47,839 nt of DNA from an uncultured Gammaproteobacteria bacterium (GCA_964427735.1 CAYRUS010000003.1:1-47839); one strand, 5' to 3'; shown: positions 37,489 to 46,855, counted from the stretch's first letter. Made by a program: numbers and translations. Notes: generated from the sequence alone by a model not told the origin.

Positions 37489-38136
37489 CTATTTCTTCTC
37501 AAGTAGATACACTTTCTGATCTTCTTCGGCTAATTGTGTCTTAAGTACTAATTTATCTGTTTTTTCAACAACCAAACCTGTATCTTGTAAAAAATCCTCA
37601 ACAGGAGTCAATTCACCGAAAACATTCTGATTATGTTCCGGTGTTTTGTAATGCATTGGAATCGTTATTTTAGGTTCAATCTTTTTGACTACTTCATTGG
37701 CTTCATCTGCTGTTATAGTATATTTCCCTCCAACAGGTACCATTAAAACATCTACATTTCCTAGCTCTTCAATCAAACTATCTTTTGGAATGTGTCCTAA
37801 GTCCCCCAAATGCACCACATGATATCCATCAATATCAATTGCATAAACAGTATTTTTTCCCCTTTCTTCTCCTTTACTATGATCATGATATGTTTTGTAG
37901 CCAAAAATTGTTACTCCTTTAATCTCGTATTCACCAGGGCCAGAAACTACTTTATGTACTTCGCTAACTTCTTGATGAGCATTGTGATCATCATGCTCAT
38001 GAGAGATTGTAACAATATCTGCTTTGACAGTTGGGAATTTAAACCCTGTGCCTTCCTTGCTATAAGGATCTGTTACAATTGTTACATTCTTACCTTTGAT
38101 GCGAAAGGAAGAATGTCCAAGATAAGTTATATCCAT
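37489..38136 (-). CDS. MBL-fold metal-dependent hydrolase (UPF0173-like)
   Basis: MDITYLGHSSFRIKGKNVTIVTDPY.. and the SHEHDDHN (HxHxDH) motif. Start set to the ATG at 38136; the ORF-track N-terminal 64 aa look like a non-coding extension. Confidence 0.8.
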   Translation of the reverse strand: MDITYLGHSSFRIKGKNVTIVTDPYSKEGTGFKFPTVKADIVTISHEHDDHNAHQEVSEVHKVVSGPGEYEIKGVTIFGYKTYHDHSKGEERGKNTVYAIDIDGYHVVHLGDLGHIPKDSLIEELGNVDVLMVPVGGKYTITADEANEVVKKIEPKITIPMHYKTPEHNQNVFGELTPVEDFLQDTGLVVEKTDKLVLKTQLAEEDQKVYLLEKK

Positions 38137-38230
38137 TGCTCTACATACTAACAAATGTAAGCAACCTTGACAATACCGATGCCATGACCTATATTGACCG
38201 CAGGACACTGCCAAACACATCTTTATCCTC

Positions 38231-38674
38231 ATGAGAAAAGAAATCATACTTGCAATTGTGGCGGGAACACTCGTTGGGCTTGTCGTTGCTGTTGGTTTAT
38301 GGAGAACAAATTCAGTAAAAAAAACCAATCCTCAAGACCAAAATTCTTTAGTAGATCAAGCTGTTCAAAATTTCTCTAATACATCTTTACAAGATGTAGA
38401 ACTCGCAATTACTTCCCATCAATCAAACAGTGTGGTTACAGAATCAACTATTAATTTAGAGGGAGTTGCTAGTGCAGATTCTTGGATTGCAATAAGTGCA
38501 AAAGATAATTTGTTAATTCAGCCACAATCAAACGGAGTGTTCAGCACAGACGTCGAATTAAGTCCAGGCTTAAACCAAATTTTAGTCACCGCATTTACCC
38601 AAGATGGTAATGAAAAAGAAGAAGAGAGACTTGTTCTTGTATACTTAAATGATATGGAAAATAGCGATGAATAA
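38231..38674 (+). CDS. Membrane-anchored/secreted small protein with an Ig-like domain
   Basis: N-terminal TM ILAIVAGTLVGLVVAVGLW. C-terminal LEGVAS..SWIAISAKD..NGVFSTDVELSPGLNQILVTAF resembles bacterial Ig-like folds. Confidence 0.5.
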   Translation: MRKEIILAIVAGTLVGLVVAVGLWRTNSVKKTNPQDQNSLVDQAVQNFSNTSLQDVELAITSHQSNSVVTESTINLEGVASADSWIAISAKDNLLIQPQSNGVFSTDVELSPGLNQILVTAFTQDGNEKEEERLVLVYLNDMENSDE

Positions 38675-39344
38675 AATAATTTTATCAATTACTACTTTTG
38701 TTTCTATACTTTTATTTGCATCAACCACCCTTGCCCAAGAAGCAACCAACTCTGGAGATATTGAGCAGCATAGTTTATCAAAACCTACTGCTTATATTGG
38801 AAGCATCACAGATATTACAGAATCTACTATAAACTTGAGAAGGTTCATTTTTGATAATAGCAATGTTTCTGGAGAGATGCTTCAGATAATGTTTGATAAG
38901 GAAAACACAGAATTTATAGATGATGAAGACGACGAGGAACTAAAATCAGATGATATCGCGATCGGAGATTTTATAATCGCAGTTGGAACTGTGGAAAGAG
39001 AGGGAGTGTTAAATGCAAATAAAATTATCGTTACAACTACTCCAGAATCAGAACAAAAAAACACATTCTTTGCTAACATACTTGAACTTGGCGACGATGA
39101 AATTACATTTAAAAATATAACAGATGAAAGTGAAGTTTTGGCAACATACAACGAAGATTCGTTGGAAATCTACACCAAGAGAAATGGAAAAACAGAAGAA
39201 GTTGTTTTGACTGATATTGAAGAAAACCAAAAACTAGTAGTATTTACAAAAGTTAGTGATGATGATACAGAAGTTCTATCTATCTATGTAATCCCCTCTC
39301 AAGAATCCTCAGAACCATCCCTCACACCTGTACCAGAAGAATAA
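38667..39344 (+). CDS. Secreted acidic protein, function unknown
   Basis: Signal peptide MNKIILSITTFVSILLFASTTLAQE. Asp/Glu-rich. Overlaps the upstream stop by 8 nt. Confidence 0.5.
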   Translation: MNKIILSITTFVSILLFASTTLAQEATNSGDIEQHSLSKPTAYIGSITDITESTINLRRFIFDNSNVSGEMLQIMFDKENTEFIDDEDDEELKSDDIAIGDFIIAVGTVEREGVLNANKIIVTTTPESEQKNTFFANILELGDDEITFKNITDESEVLATYNEDSLEIYTKRNGKTEEVVLTDIEENQKLVVFTKVSDDDTEVLSIYVIPSQESSEPSLTPVPEE

Positions 39345-39538
39345 ATTTTATTCTTGAATTACATCTATTCAACTCCAACTAGAATTGTATTCCAAGCTTA
39401 TTAACGCCTTTTGGGCTAAAACTCTATGCCTCCCATTTTCAATTTTTCTATCCCTCCAATATGCGATAGGGCTCCTTGAAAATACTCTAATATGCTAATT
39501 TTTAGTCATAACAATCCTAACACCATTTACTAGCGAAA

Positions 39539-39567
39539 TTGACTAATTTACTTCACCAAAGTATACT
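39539..39567 (+). promoter_or_regulatory. Sigma70-like promoter in the gap upstream of hisS (TTGACT-17 nt-TATACT)
   Basis: -35 at 39539-39544 and -10 at 39562-39567, with no long ORF downstream until hisS. Confidence 0.45.
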
Positions 39568-39573
39568 AAATCT

Positions 39574-39710
39574 AAATGTGTAGGTTTCTTACACTAAATC
39601 ATCTCTCAGCCAACTAGGTTGGTTGTTGGTTTACGTGGTAAGAAAATATCCATCAACCAATCTAGTAGACCTCGTACAAGCGAGGTTTTTTGATTGGTTT
39701 TTTTATTTTT
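39574..39710 (+). promoter_or_regulatory. Structured leader with mutually exclusive hairpins ending in a terminator (candidate attenuator of hisS, or a small RNA)
   Basis: Pairings read by eye: 39607-14 with 39618-25; 39619-25 with 39654-60; 39655-62 with 39692-99. A 13-codon ORF (ATG at 39576, MCRFLTLNHLSAN) has its TAG stop in the loop of the first hairpin. Confidence 0.4.
39655..39710 (+). terminator. Rho-independent terminator (two-tier hairpin plus T runs)
   Basis: Outer stem AACCAATC/GATTGGTT, inner stem ACCTCG-tacaag-CGAGGT, followed by TTTTTATTTTT. Confidence 0.55.
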
Positions 39711-39766
39711 AAATGTATGAAAGAATATATATAGAAAACATATCGAATATGAGCAATAATAAAAAA

Positions 39767-41044
39767 ATGGACAATATTAAACAACCAATAAGAGGTGCAC
39801 GAGATCTTTATCCTGAAGACCTCGCTATAAGGAATTGGCTGTTTAATAAGTGGCGTAAAGTAGCTAAAAACTTTGGTTACCAAGAAATTGATGGACCTAT
39901 TTTGGAGTCATTTGATCTTTTTGCTTTGAAATCCGGTGAAGAACTTGTTAACACACAAATGTACACGCTAGAAGATCGAGACGGTAAAAAACTAGGGGTA
40001 AGACCAGAAATCACACCTACCTTTTCGCGAATGGTAGCAAAAAAACAAGGTGAATTAATTTTCCCACTCCGCTGGACAATGTTTGGAAACGCTTGGCGTT
40101 ACGAAAAACCTCAAAAAGGACGTGTTCGTGATTTTTGGCAATGGGAACTAAATTTAGTAGGAGGAAACGAAACCTTAGCAGATGCTGAAGTAATTACTTT
40201 AGCTGCAAAAGCCATGGAGGCAATTGGACTGTCTTCAAAAGATGTGGTTTTTCGTATTAATGATAGAAGGTTTATGCAAGAAATTTACACTTCTATCGAC
40301 ATTGATAAAAATATTTGGAAACTTGTATCGGATGCTATAGATAAAATAGAACGAATTTCTGAAGACGAATTTGACGACAAATTAATTGAACTTGGTTTAG
40401 CTACAAAACAAATTGATAAACTTAATAAGTTTTTGAAAAACCCAGACTATAAAGCTTCAAAAAATATTAACAGCTTGTTTGAATTATTAGATAAAAATGG
40501 CATTTCTGAATATGTAACGTATGATCCACTAATAGTCAGAGGTTTAGAATATTACACAGGAACTGTGTTTGAATGTTTTGACAAAAGCAAGGAATTTAGA
40601 TCTATATTTGGAGGTGGACGCTTTGACGATCTTGTTGAAACTTTTGGTGGAGGTAAAGTCGGTGCAGTTGGCTTTGCGATTGGCGATGTTGTTGTTACTG
40701 AGCTACTGAAAAAATTAAACAAATTACCAAATCTGGAGATTGTTCCGACGAGTGTTCTAGTTACTATATTTTCACCTGAATTAATCAATTATTCTATTAA
40801 TATCTCCAACAAGCTAAGACAGTCTGGAATAAACACAGAACTTTACCCAGAGAATAATGCCAGGTTGGAAAAACAACTAAAATATGCAAACAAAAAATCA
40901 ATCCCGTTTGTAATAATCGCCGGTGAAAATGAAAAGAATAGTAATTTAGCAACAATCAAAAATATGCAGTCAGGTGAGCAAGAAACTATTGAAATAGAAA
41001 ATGCAATTGAGATAATTAGAGATAAAATTGAACCAAAAAGTTAA
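39767..41044 (+). CDS. hisS: Histidine--tRNA ligase
   Basis: MDNIKQPIRGARDLYPED, LGVRPEITPT, WRYEKPQKGRVRDFWQWE (motif 2), GGGRFDDLV. Start chosen by similarity to the usual HisRS N-terminus. Alternative ATGs at 39749 and 39713; the latter lies inside the terminator T-run. Confidence 0.9.
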   Translation: MDNIKQPIRGARDLYPEDLAIRNWLFNKWRKVAKNFGYQEIDGPILESFDLFALKSGEELVNTQMYTLEDRDGKKLGVRPEITPTFSRMVAKKQGELIFPLRWTMFGNAWRYEKPQKGRVRDFWQWELNLVGGNETLADAEVITLAAKAMEAIGLSSKDVVFRINDRRFMQEIYTSIDIDKNIWKLVSDAIDKIERISEDEFDDKLIELGLATKQIDKLNKFLKNPDYKASKNINSLFELLDKNGISEYVTYDPLIVRGLEYYTGTVFECFDKSKEFRSIFGGGRFDDLVETFGGGKVGAVGFAIGDVVVTELLKKLNKLPNLEIVPTSVLVTIFSPELINYSINISNKLRQSGINTELYPENNARLEKQLKYANKKSIPFVIIAGENEKNSNLATIKNMQSGEQETIEIENAIEIIRDKIEPKS

Positions 41045-41102
41045 CTAAATAAACTTCATTTCCCTATCTTGATTATTTGTATTTCTAATGATGAAATGAG
41101 TA

Positions 41103-42011
41103 ATGACTTCTTACCGTAAAAGAGCATATACATATTTAATTTTGTCTGTAATTCTCTGGGGAATTGCATCACCAATAATAAAATTCACATTAGAGGGTTT
41201 GGATCCTTTCCCTTTTTTGCTTTATCGTTTCTTTATATCTGGATTCGTAGCAGTATTTGTAATTGCCTTAAGGAATAATTATACAAATAAACTGAAAGAA
41301 CATTTTCCACAGATTCTTATTTACAGTTTACTCTCAACTACAATAGGCCTTGGTCTTCTTTTCTTGGGAATGGATATTACAACTTTACTTGACGCTATTT
41401 TGATAACTGTTATTTCACCTCTTGTCACAACAGCTTTCGGGTACTTTTTTTTGGCAGAGACAATTACAAAACAAGAAAGAGTTGGAATCCTTATTGCGGT
41501 TTTAGGCACTATAGTAGTATCTTTCGAACCTATTTTAGAGAGTAAATCAGCCACGCTTTCAGTGGCTGGAAATATTTTAATAATCGGATATATGTTATCA
41601 ACTGGTTACTCATCTGTCATATCCAAAAAACTCACTCGCCTTAATTTTGATGGCTTTTATCTATCAAACATTTCCTTTTTGATAGGATTTATTTCACTTC
41701 TTCCTATTATTATTTATAAATCCTCTATTACAGAATTAACAACATCATTATTGGCACTGGAACCTGTCTATCACATCGGAGTTATATATATGGCAATTTT
41801 CTCCGGAACTCTGGCTTATGCACTTTATATACAAGGTCAAAAATCAATTGAAATTAGTGAAGCAGGTCTATTTTACTATCTCACTCCACTGATTTCAGTA
41901 CCTTTAGCCGTGATTTGGCTTGATGAAAGAATCACTTTTGTTCATATTTTAGGATTAGCAATTATTGCGATTGGTGTAATAATTGCGGAAACTAAACGTA
42001 GAATCATATAA
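41103..42011 (+). CDS. EamA/DMT-family transporter
   Basis: 302 aa, ~10 TM helices in two repeats. ..LILSVILWGIASPIIKF.. is a typical EamA start. Confidence 0.8.
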   Translation: MTSYRKRAYTYLILSVILWGIASPIIKFTLEGLDPFPFLLYRFFISGFVAVFVIALRNNYTNKLKEHFPQILIYSLLSTTIGLGLLFLGMDITTLLDAILITVISPLVTTAFGYFFLAETITKQERVGILIAVLGTIVVSFEPILESKSATLSVAGNILIIGYMLSTGYSSVISKKLTRLNFDGFYLSNISFLIGFISLLPIIIYKSSITELTTSLLALEPVYHIGVIYMAIFSGTLAYALYIQGQKSIEISEAGLFYYLTPLISVPLAVIWLDERITFVHILGLAIIAIGVIIAETKRRII

Positions 42012-42051
42012 ATAACCCAATTGTAAAATTATTCAACAAATAGTATATAAA

Positions 42052-42080
42052 TTGTCAATTAATTCTATTTTTGATATAAT
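42052..42080 (+). promoter_or_regulatory. Sigma70-like promoter with extended -10 for rpmE (TTGTCA-17 nt-TGaTATAAT)
   Basis: -35 at 42052-42057 and -10 at 42075-42080, preceded by TG at 42072-73. The ATG at 42090 is 10 nt after the -10. Confidence 0.5.
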
Positions 42081-42089
42081 GCAAAGGTT

Positions 42090-42416
42090 ATGAAAGCAAA
42101 TATACATCCTAAATGGTATCCACAAGCAACTGTAGTTTGCGCTTGTGGTAACACATTTACTGTTGGTGCTACCCAAGACAAAATTGAGGTAGATGTTTGT
42201 AGTGCATGTCACCCTTTCTATACAGGACAGATGAAGTACATTGACTCCGCAGGTAGAGTTGATGCCTTCAGAGCAAGGCAACAAAAAGCCAAGAAGAAAA
42301 TTCTATCAAAAACTGATAAGAGAAAACTCAAAAAAGAAAGAAAAATTGAGGCTGAACTTAACAGGCCTGCTACATTAGAAGAACTTCGAGCCCGCCTATC
42401 AAAATCAAAAAATTAG
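42090..42416 (+). CDS. rpmE: 50S ribosomal protein L31 (Zn-ribbon type) with a ~35-40-aa Lys/Arg-rich C-terminal extension
   Basis: [35 protein letters not shown], then [41 protein letters not shown]. 108 aa versus the usual ~65-80. Confidence 0.9.
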   Translation: MKANIHPKWYPQATVVCACGNTFTVGATQDKIEVDVCSACHPFYTGQMKYIDSAGRVDAFRARQQKAKKKILSKTDKRKLKKERKIEAELNRPATLEELRARLSKSKN

Positions 42417-42434
42417 GTTTTCTTCACAAAACAC

Positions 42435-43136
42435 ATGATTTCGAATACTAATACAGCATTTATTGAGATAAGATCTGCAGCTGGTGGTGATGAGGCAAAA
42501 ATTTGGGCAACCGACCTTATGCGAATGTATATGCGTTATGCTGAAAAATCCGGTTGGAAGACTACTCCTGTCGACTCTTCTACTATACAAATAAAAGGTG
42601 AAAACGTTTTTGAATACTTAAAAAATGAGTCAGGAGTACATAGAGTTCAAAGGGTTCCTGCAACTGAAAAACGTGGACGTGTACATACATCAACTGCAAC
42701 AGTTGCAGTTCTTCCTAAAATTACAGAAAGTGAAGTTGAAATTAAGCCATCAGACATTGATATACAATTTTTTCGATCAGGTGGAGCTGGTGGACAAAAT
42801 GTAAACAAAGTATCCACTGCCGTGAGATTGATTCATAAGCCAACAGGAATTACAGTTGAATCTCAACAAGAAAGAACACAAGTGCAAAACAGGCAAATTG
42901 CAATGGATATTTTACGGTCCAAACTCTGGGAATTAGAACAAAAAAAGTTACAAGATGAGATTAGTGACTACCGTTCTGCTATTGGCTCTGGAGATCGATC
43001 AGAAAAAATAAGAACATATAATTACCCACAAAACAGAGTGACTGATCACAGAATAAACAAATCATGGCAAATGTTGGATAAGATTGTTGACGGAGATTTA
43101 AATAAAATTATCGACACATTACAAAACAAATTATAA
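42435..43136 (+). CDS. prfA: Peptide chain release factor 1 lacking the N-terminal domain 1
   Basis: [14 protein letters not shown] (PAT codon-recognition motif, RF1 type) and [12 protein letters not shown] (GGQ). 233 aa. It starts at [14 protein letters not shown], which corresponds to about residue 105-110 of E. coli RF1. Only 18 nt separate it from rpmE. Confidence 0.85.
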   Translation: MISNTNTAFIEIRSAAGGDEAKIWATDLMRMYMRYAEKSGWKTTPVDSSTIQIKGENVFEYLKNESGVHRVQRVPATEKRGRVHTSTATVAVLPKITESEVEIKPSDIDIQFFRSGGAGGQNVNKVSTAVRLIHKPTGITVESQQERTQVQNRQIAMDILRSKLWELEQKKLQDEISDYRSAIGSGDRSEKIRTYNYPQNRVTDHRINKSWQMLDKIVDGDLNKIIDTLQNKL

Positions 43137-43249
43137 AACTTCATGAAAAATGAAAATTAGAGATATTTGCTGAATGTTCACATACTTAAAACTGCACGAA
43201 CCACTCAGAAGTTTTTAATTACAAAAGCAAGTTCTAAAGATACAGTAAA

Positions 43250-44407
43250 TTATTCACTGAATTGACTTAAGGTAGCCGAAGTTTGGACTATCTCCCCGTT
43301 TCTCCAGATTTCAAGTATAGCTGTATCACCTACTTTTTTCTCTGCTATACGACTCGCCAAATCATTTTCTTCAGTCAAATTCTGTCCGTCTAGTTTTGTG
43401 ATAATATCATTAGCACGAATGCCAGCTTGAGCTGCCGGAGAATTTGATACTACATTAACAACAAGAGCTCCCTGCGGTACTTCATTTAATAAGGCAGTTT
43501 GACGGGAAATCATCTGAAATTCTACGCCAAGATATGGTCTGGAAGCAAAACCTCCAGTTTCATTAAATTCCGCCAAAGCATCTTTTACAACGGATATTGG
43601 TATGGCAAATCCCACATTTTCTGCCCCTTGTGCAACAGCTACGTTTACACCAATAACCTGTCCTGCAGAGTTAAGCAACGGACCACCTGAGTTGCCAGGG
43701 TTAATAGCTGCGTCTGTTTGTATAACATTATCAATTCTTTCTACAAAACCTTCATAAAAACTACCTGCAGTAATTCCTCGTCCCAAACCAGATATAACAC
43801 CAGTAGTTACTGTGTGCCTAAATTCTCCTAAAGCAGTACCAATAGCTATAACAAACTGCCCAACTTTCAAATTTTCAGAATCTCCAAGCTCTACTGGTTT
43901 TAAGCCTCTTGCCTCAGTACTCAAAACTGCTATATCGTTGTTTGGATCACGAGCAATATCTGTAACTTTGTATTCAGTTCCATCTTGAGTAATAATACTG
44001 TATTCAGCCTCAGTGTTAGAAACAACATGTTTATTAGTAACTACTAGACCATTTTCGTTAACAACAAACCCTGAACCTATATCCCTCTCCCCGCCTTCTT
44101 CTCTTCTTTGGAAACCTCCAAATGGTGAAAATTCCAATATTCTTCGTTGTGGGAGTTTTACAGCCACTGTAACTACAGAAGGTGAAACCTCATCAGCAAC
44201 ATTTATAACTACATTTTCTTCCTTAAGAATTGTCTGCTCAGAAGTTAAAGAAGAACTCATTCCTGTTCGAGGGAAAAAACTATCCAGTGGTGCAATCACA
44301 AATAATCTATCCGCTATTGCTCCACCAAGAGCTGCAGCAATTAAGACTAGTGCTGCAAGGGATCCAACGATATATTTTTTAATATCCTCATTAATCTTGA
44401 CTTTCAT
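43250..44407 (-). CDS. htrA: HtrA/DegP-family serine protease with a PDZ domain
   Basis: N-terminal TM. GSGFVVNENGLVVTNKHVV, DIAVL and GNSGGPLLN form the catalytic triad contexts. C-terminal PDZ (GIRANDIITKLDG). Confidence 0.9.
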   Translation of the reverse strand: MKVKINEDIKKYIVGSLAALVLIAAALGGAIADRLFVIAPLDSFFPRTGMSSSLTSEQTILKEENVVINVADEVSPSVVTVAVKLPQRRILEFSPFGGFQRREEGGERDIGSGFVVNENGLVVTNKHVVSNTEAEYSIITQDGTEYKVTDIARDPNNDIAVLSTEARGLKPVELGDSENLKVGQFVIAIGTALGEFRHTVTTGVISGLGRGITAGSFYEGFVERIDNVIQTDAAINPGNSGGPLLNSAGQVIGVNVAVAQGAENVGFAIPISVVKDALAEFNETGGFASRPYLGVEFQMISRQTALLNEVPQGALVVNVVSNSPAAQAGIRANDIITKLDGQNLTEENDLASRIAEKKVGDTAILEIWRNGEIVQTSATLSQFSE

Positions 44408-44408
44408 C

Positions 44409-45689
44409 TCAGCTTACTAATTCCATTATTGCCCTTGTTAATTGCTCGTCCTGTTCAGTTTCCAGATCATCTTCTACAATAATGTCCGGCTCAAGTCCTG
44501 TATCGTGAACCCAATATCCGGAAGGTGTTAACCATTTTGAGGTAGTTAAGTGTAGTGATGAACCTCCATCCATCTGTCTAGGTTCCTGTATAGTACCTTT
44601 TCCAAAAGTTGTTGTTCCAACGATTGGCATCTTACTTAAATCTCTCAAAGAACCTGCAAGTATCTCTGATGCCGAAGCTGAACCTTCATTTACAAGTATT
44701 ACAACCTTTGAATTTGTAAGCCTTGGTATTCCTTGACTCTTAAACTCAGACCTTCTGCCATTAGACCCTTCTTCTATTACAACAACACTACCACTCTCTA
44801 CAAAATCACTTGCAATCTCAACAGCTGCCTGCAAATAACCGCCAGGGTTATTTCTTAAATCAAGAATAACCCCATCTAAATCTTGATTTTTAAGAACTTC
44901 TCTTACTGAATCATCCCACTCATTGTTTGTTTCACCTCCGAATTTTAGAAGTCTGATATGAGCCACTTTAGCATCAGATCTTACTCCTTCCGGCAAACTG
45001 TCTCCTTCAAGTGAAGTGTACATAACGCTAGGCACATCTATGCTGTCTCTTTTAACTTCCACTTCCAGTGGTTCATCTCGACCTTCTCTTAATAAAACAA
45101 GCTTGATACTTGTACCTTTTGGACCTCTAATTGCCTGTACAGCTTCAGGCAAAGTTAATCCATCTGTTGATCGGTCAATTCCTTTTCCTTCATCTATTAT
45201 TCCTACTATTAAATCACCTGCTTTTATACCTGCTTTATCTGCTGGTGTTTCTGGAAGTGGTGCAATAACAGCAAGCCTACTTCCTTTGTATCCAATCTGA
45301 ATCCCTACTCCATCAAAATTACCACTTATATCTTCCTGAAAAACTTTATTTTCTGATGGTGGCAAAAAAACAGTGTATGGATCTCCCACCGCAGAAACCA
45401 TTCCCTGAATAGCTCCATAAACCATATCTCGTTGGTTAATTTTGGATTTGTCTACATAATCAGCTTCTATAGAATCCCAAACCTTCCAAAAGAGATTGAA
45501 ATCCAAGTCTTCATGTTGAGGAGGCACTCCTCTACTGATTTCAACGGAACCTGCTTTAGAAATTTCTGCGTTATAACCCTTATTCCCAATAAAATATCCA
45601 GAAGAAAAAGTAGCAGTAAGAAGTATTACCAAAAAAACTACTGTTCTGGCTGTTCTAAAATTAATTTTCGGTAGAGCAGACTTTTGCAT
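44409..45689 (-). CDS. ctp: S41 carboxy-terminal processing peptidase
   Basis: PDZ (AGIKAGDLIVGI), LDLRNNPGGYL, VILVNEGSASASEI, GTTTFGKGT. Confidence 0.9.
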   Translation of the reverse strand: MQKSALPKINFRTARTVVFLVILLTATFSSGYFIGNKGYNAEISKAGSVEISRGVPPQHEDLDFNLFWKVWDSIEADYVDKSKINQRDMVYGAIQGMVSAVGDPYTVFLPPSENKVFQEDISGNFDGVGIQIGYKGSRLAVIAPLPETPADKAGIKAGDLIVGIIDEGKGIDRSTDGLTLPEAVQAIRGPKGTSIKLVLLREGRDEPLEVEVKRDSIDVPSVMYTSLEGDSLPEGVRSDAKVAHIRLLKFGGETNNEWDDSVREVLKNQDLDGVILDLRNNPGGYLQAAVEIASDFVESGSVVVIEEGSNGRRSEFKSQGIPRLTNSKVVILVNEGSASASEILAGSLRDLSKMPIVGTTTFGKGTIQEPRQMDGGSSLHLTTSKWLTPSGYWVHDTGLEPDIIVEDDLETEQDEQLTRAIMELVS

Positions 45690-45701
45690 ATATATTAAAA
45701 G

Positions 45702-45938
45702 TTAAACGCTATTAACAAATGGCAGAAGACCTAAATGACGTGAGCGTTTGATTGCATTGGTAAGTGTTCTTTGGTGTCTGCTGCAAACACCTGATCGCAG
45801 TCGACTAACTATTTTACCTCTGTCTGTAACAAATTTGCCAAGCTCTTCATAATTTTTGTAATCCGGCTCTGTTTTCCCAACACAAAATGGACAAGGGTCA
45901 TTGGTTTTTATTACTTTTATCTTTTTTCTTTTTGGCAT
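45702..45938 (-). CDS. rpsR: 30S ribosomal protein S18
   Basis: ..DYKNYEELGKFVTDRGKIVSRLRSGVCSRHQRTLTNAIKRSRHLGLLPF. Confidence 0.93.
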   Translation of the reverse strand: MPKRKKIKVIKTNDPCPFCVGKTEPDYKNYEELGKFVTDRGKIVSRLRSGVCSRHQRTLTNAIKRSRHLGLLPFVNSV

Positions 45939-45954
45939 ATTAGTATTTTCTTAA

Positions 45955-46452
45955 TTAAAATGGTATATCATCTTCTGATTCTTCTGCTTTGTCACTGTTA
46001 TTTGCATCGTTTGATTTTACTTTTGATTTACTAGTGTCTTGATTCTCTTCTCCTGGAACATCAAATGTTTCGATCGCCTCGTCTGAAATATCAAAATCAC
46101 TGGAGGAAGTATCTCCGCTCTTTGAATCTAAGATAAGCATTTCGTTTGCAACTATTTCTGTTGTTTGCCTCTTTTGTCCGTCTTGAGTCTCCCATTCTCT
46201 TGTTTGAAGTCTTCCTTCAATGTAAACTTTTCTTCCTTTACTAAGATATTGTCCACAAATTTCAGCTAGTTTATTCCAGGCAACCACTCTATGGAATTCA
46301 GCCTCTTCTTTTTTCTCACCGGTGTCAGTTGTCCATTGTCTATTTGTAGCAACAGTAAATGAACAAACAGCGCTTCCTTGTGGAGTGTACCTCAACTCAG
46401 GATCATGTGTCATGTTCCCTATTATTTGTACTTTATTCAAACTTCTAGCCAT
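45955..46452 (-). CDS. ssb: Single-stranded DNA-binding protein
   Basis: LNKVQIIGNMTHDPELRYTPQGSAVCSFTVATNR.., an acidic tail, and the C-terminal DDIPF. Confidence 0.93.
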   Translation of the reverse strand: MARSLNKVQIIGNMTHDPELRYTPQGSAVCSFTVATNRQWTTDTGEKKEEAEFHRVVAWNKLAEICGQYLSKGRKVYIEGRLQTREWETQDGQKRQTTEIVANEMLILDSKSGDTSSSDFDISDEAIETFDVPGEENQDTSKSKVKSNDANNSDKAEESEDDIPF

Positions 46453-46469
46453 TTTTTAATAAGCTTCCT

Positions 46470-46769
46470 TTATGCAGAAGCTTTACCTTTTCCCTTCACT
46501 AATAAATATCTAAGAACATCTTCTTCCAAATTTAACTTTGATTGGATATTCTTTGCTTGATCTGCATTTAGTTCAAGAACGTAATGAAGAAACAAAGCTT
46601 CTTCATTATCCTTAATTGGATAAGCTAATTCAAGCTTTCCCCATTCATTATTCTCTATTAGTTTCCCTTCAAAGATTTTTATAAGGCTCTCAAGTTTTTT
46701 TTGAGATTCTTTCTTTTTAGCTGCCGTTGCATTCCCCGGCAAGGCTATTGTCAGTTCATAAGTTTGCAT
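46470..46769 (-). CDS. rpsF: 30S ribosomal protein S6
   Basis: MQTYELTIALP..WGKLELAYPI..LFLHYVLELNA.. First gene of the conserved rpsF-ssb-rpsR operon. Confidence 0.88.
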   Translation of the reverse strand: MQTYELTIALPGNATAAKKKESQKKLESLIKIFEGKLIENNEWGKLELAYPIKDNEEALFLHYVLELNADQAKNIQSKLNLEEDVLRYLLVKGKGKASA

Positions 46770-46855
46770 ATCAAGCTATATTGTAACAAAAATTATTAAA
46801 AATAGAAATAGAACTGGACTTTGGTGCTTTTTAGGTAAAATTTGATCAATGGTTA

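Noticed and set aside
39600-39710. T-box riboswitch upstream of hisS
   Set aside because: ACGUGGUAAG contains GUGGUA, which resembles the T-box core GGUGGUAC. However, there is no recognisable Stem I, K-turn or specifier loop with a His codon followed by a purine. The leader is only ~125 nt. The UGGU would pair with an A discriminator rather than the usual tRNA-His end.
42435-43136. UGA recoding (alternative genetic code), because only an RF1-type factor is visible
   Set aside because: TGA clearly ends conserved genes at the expected length. Examples are the rpsP stop at 4484-4486 and the pseudopilin stop at 8988-8990, both overlapping the next start as ATGA. Standard code 11 fits, and RF2 is presumably encoded outside the window.
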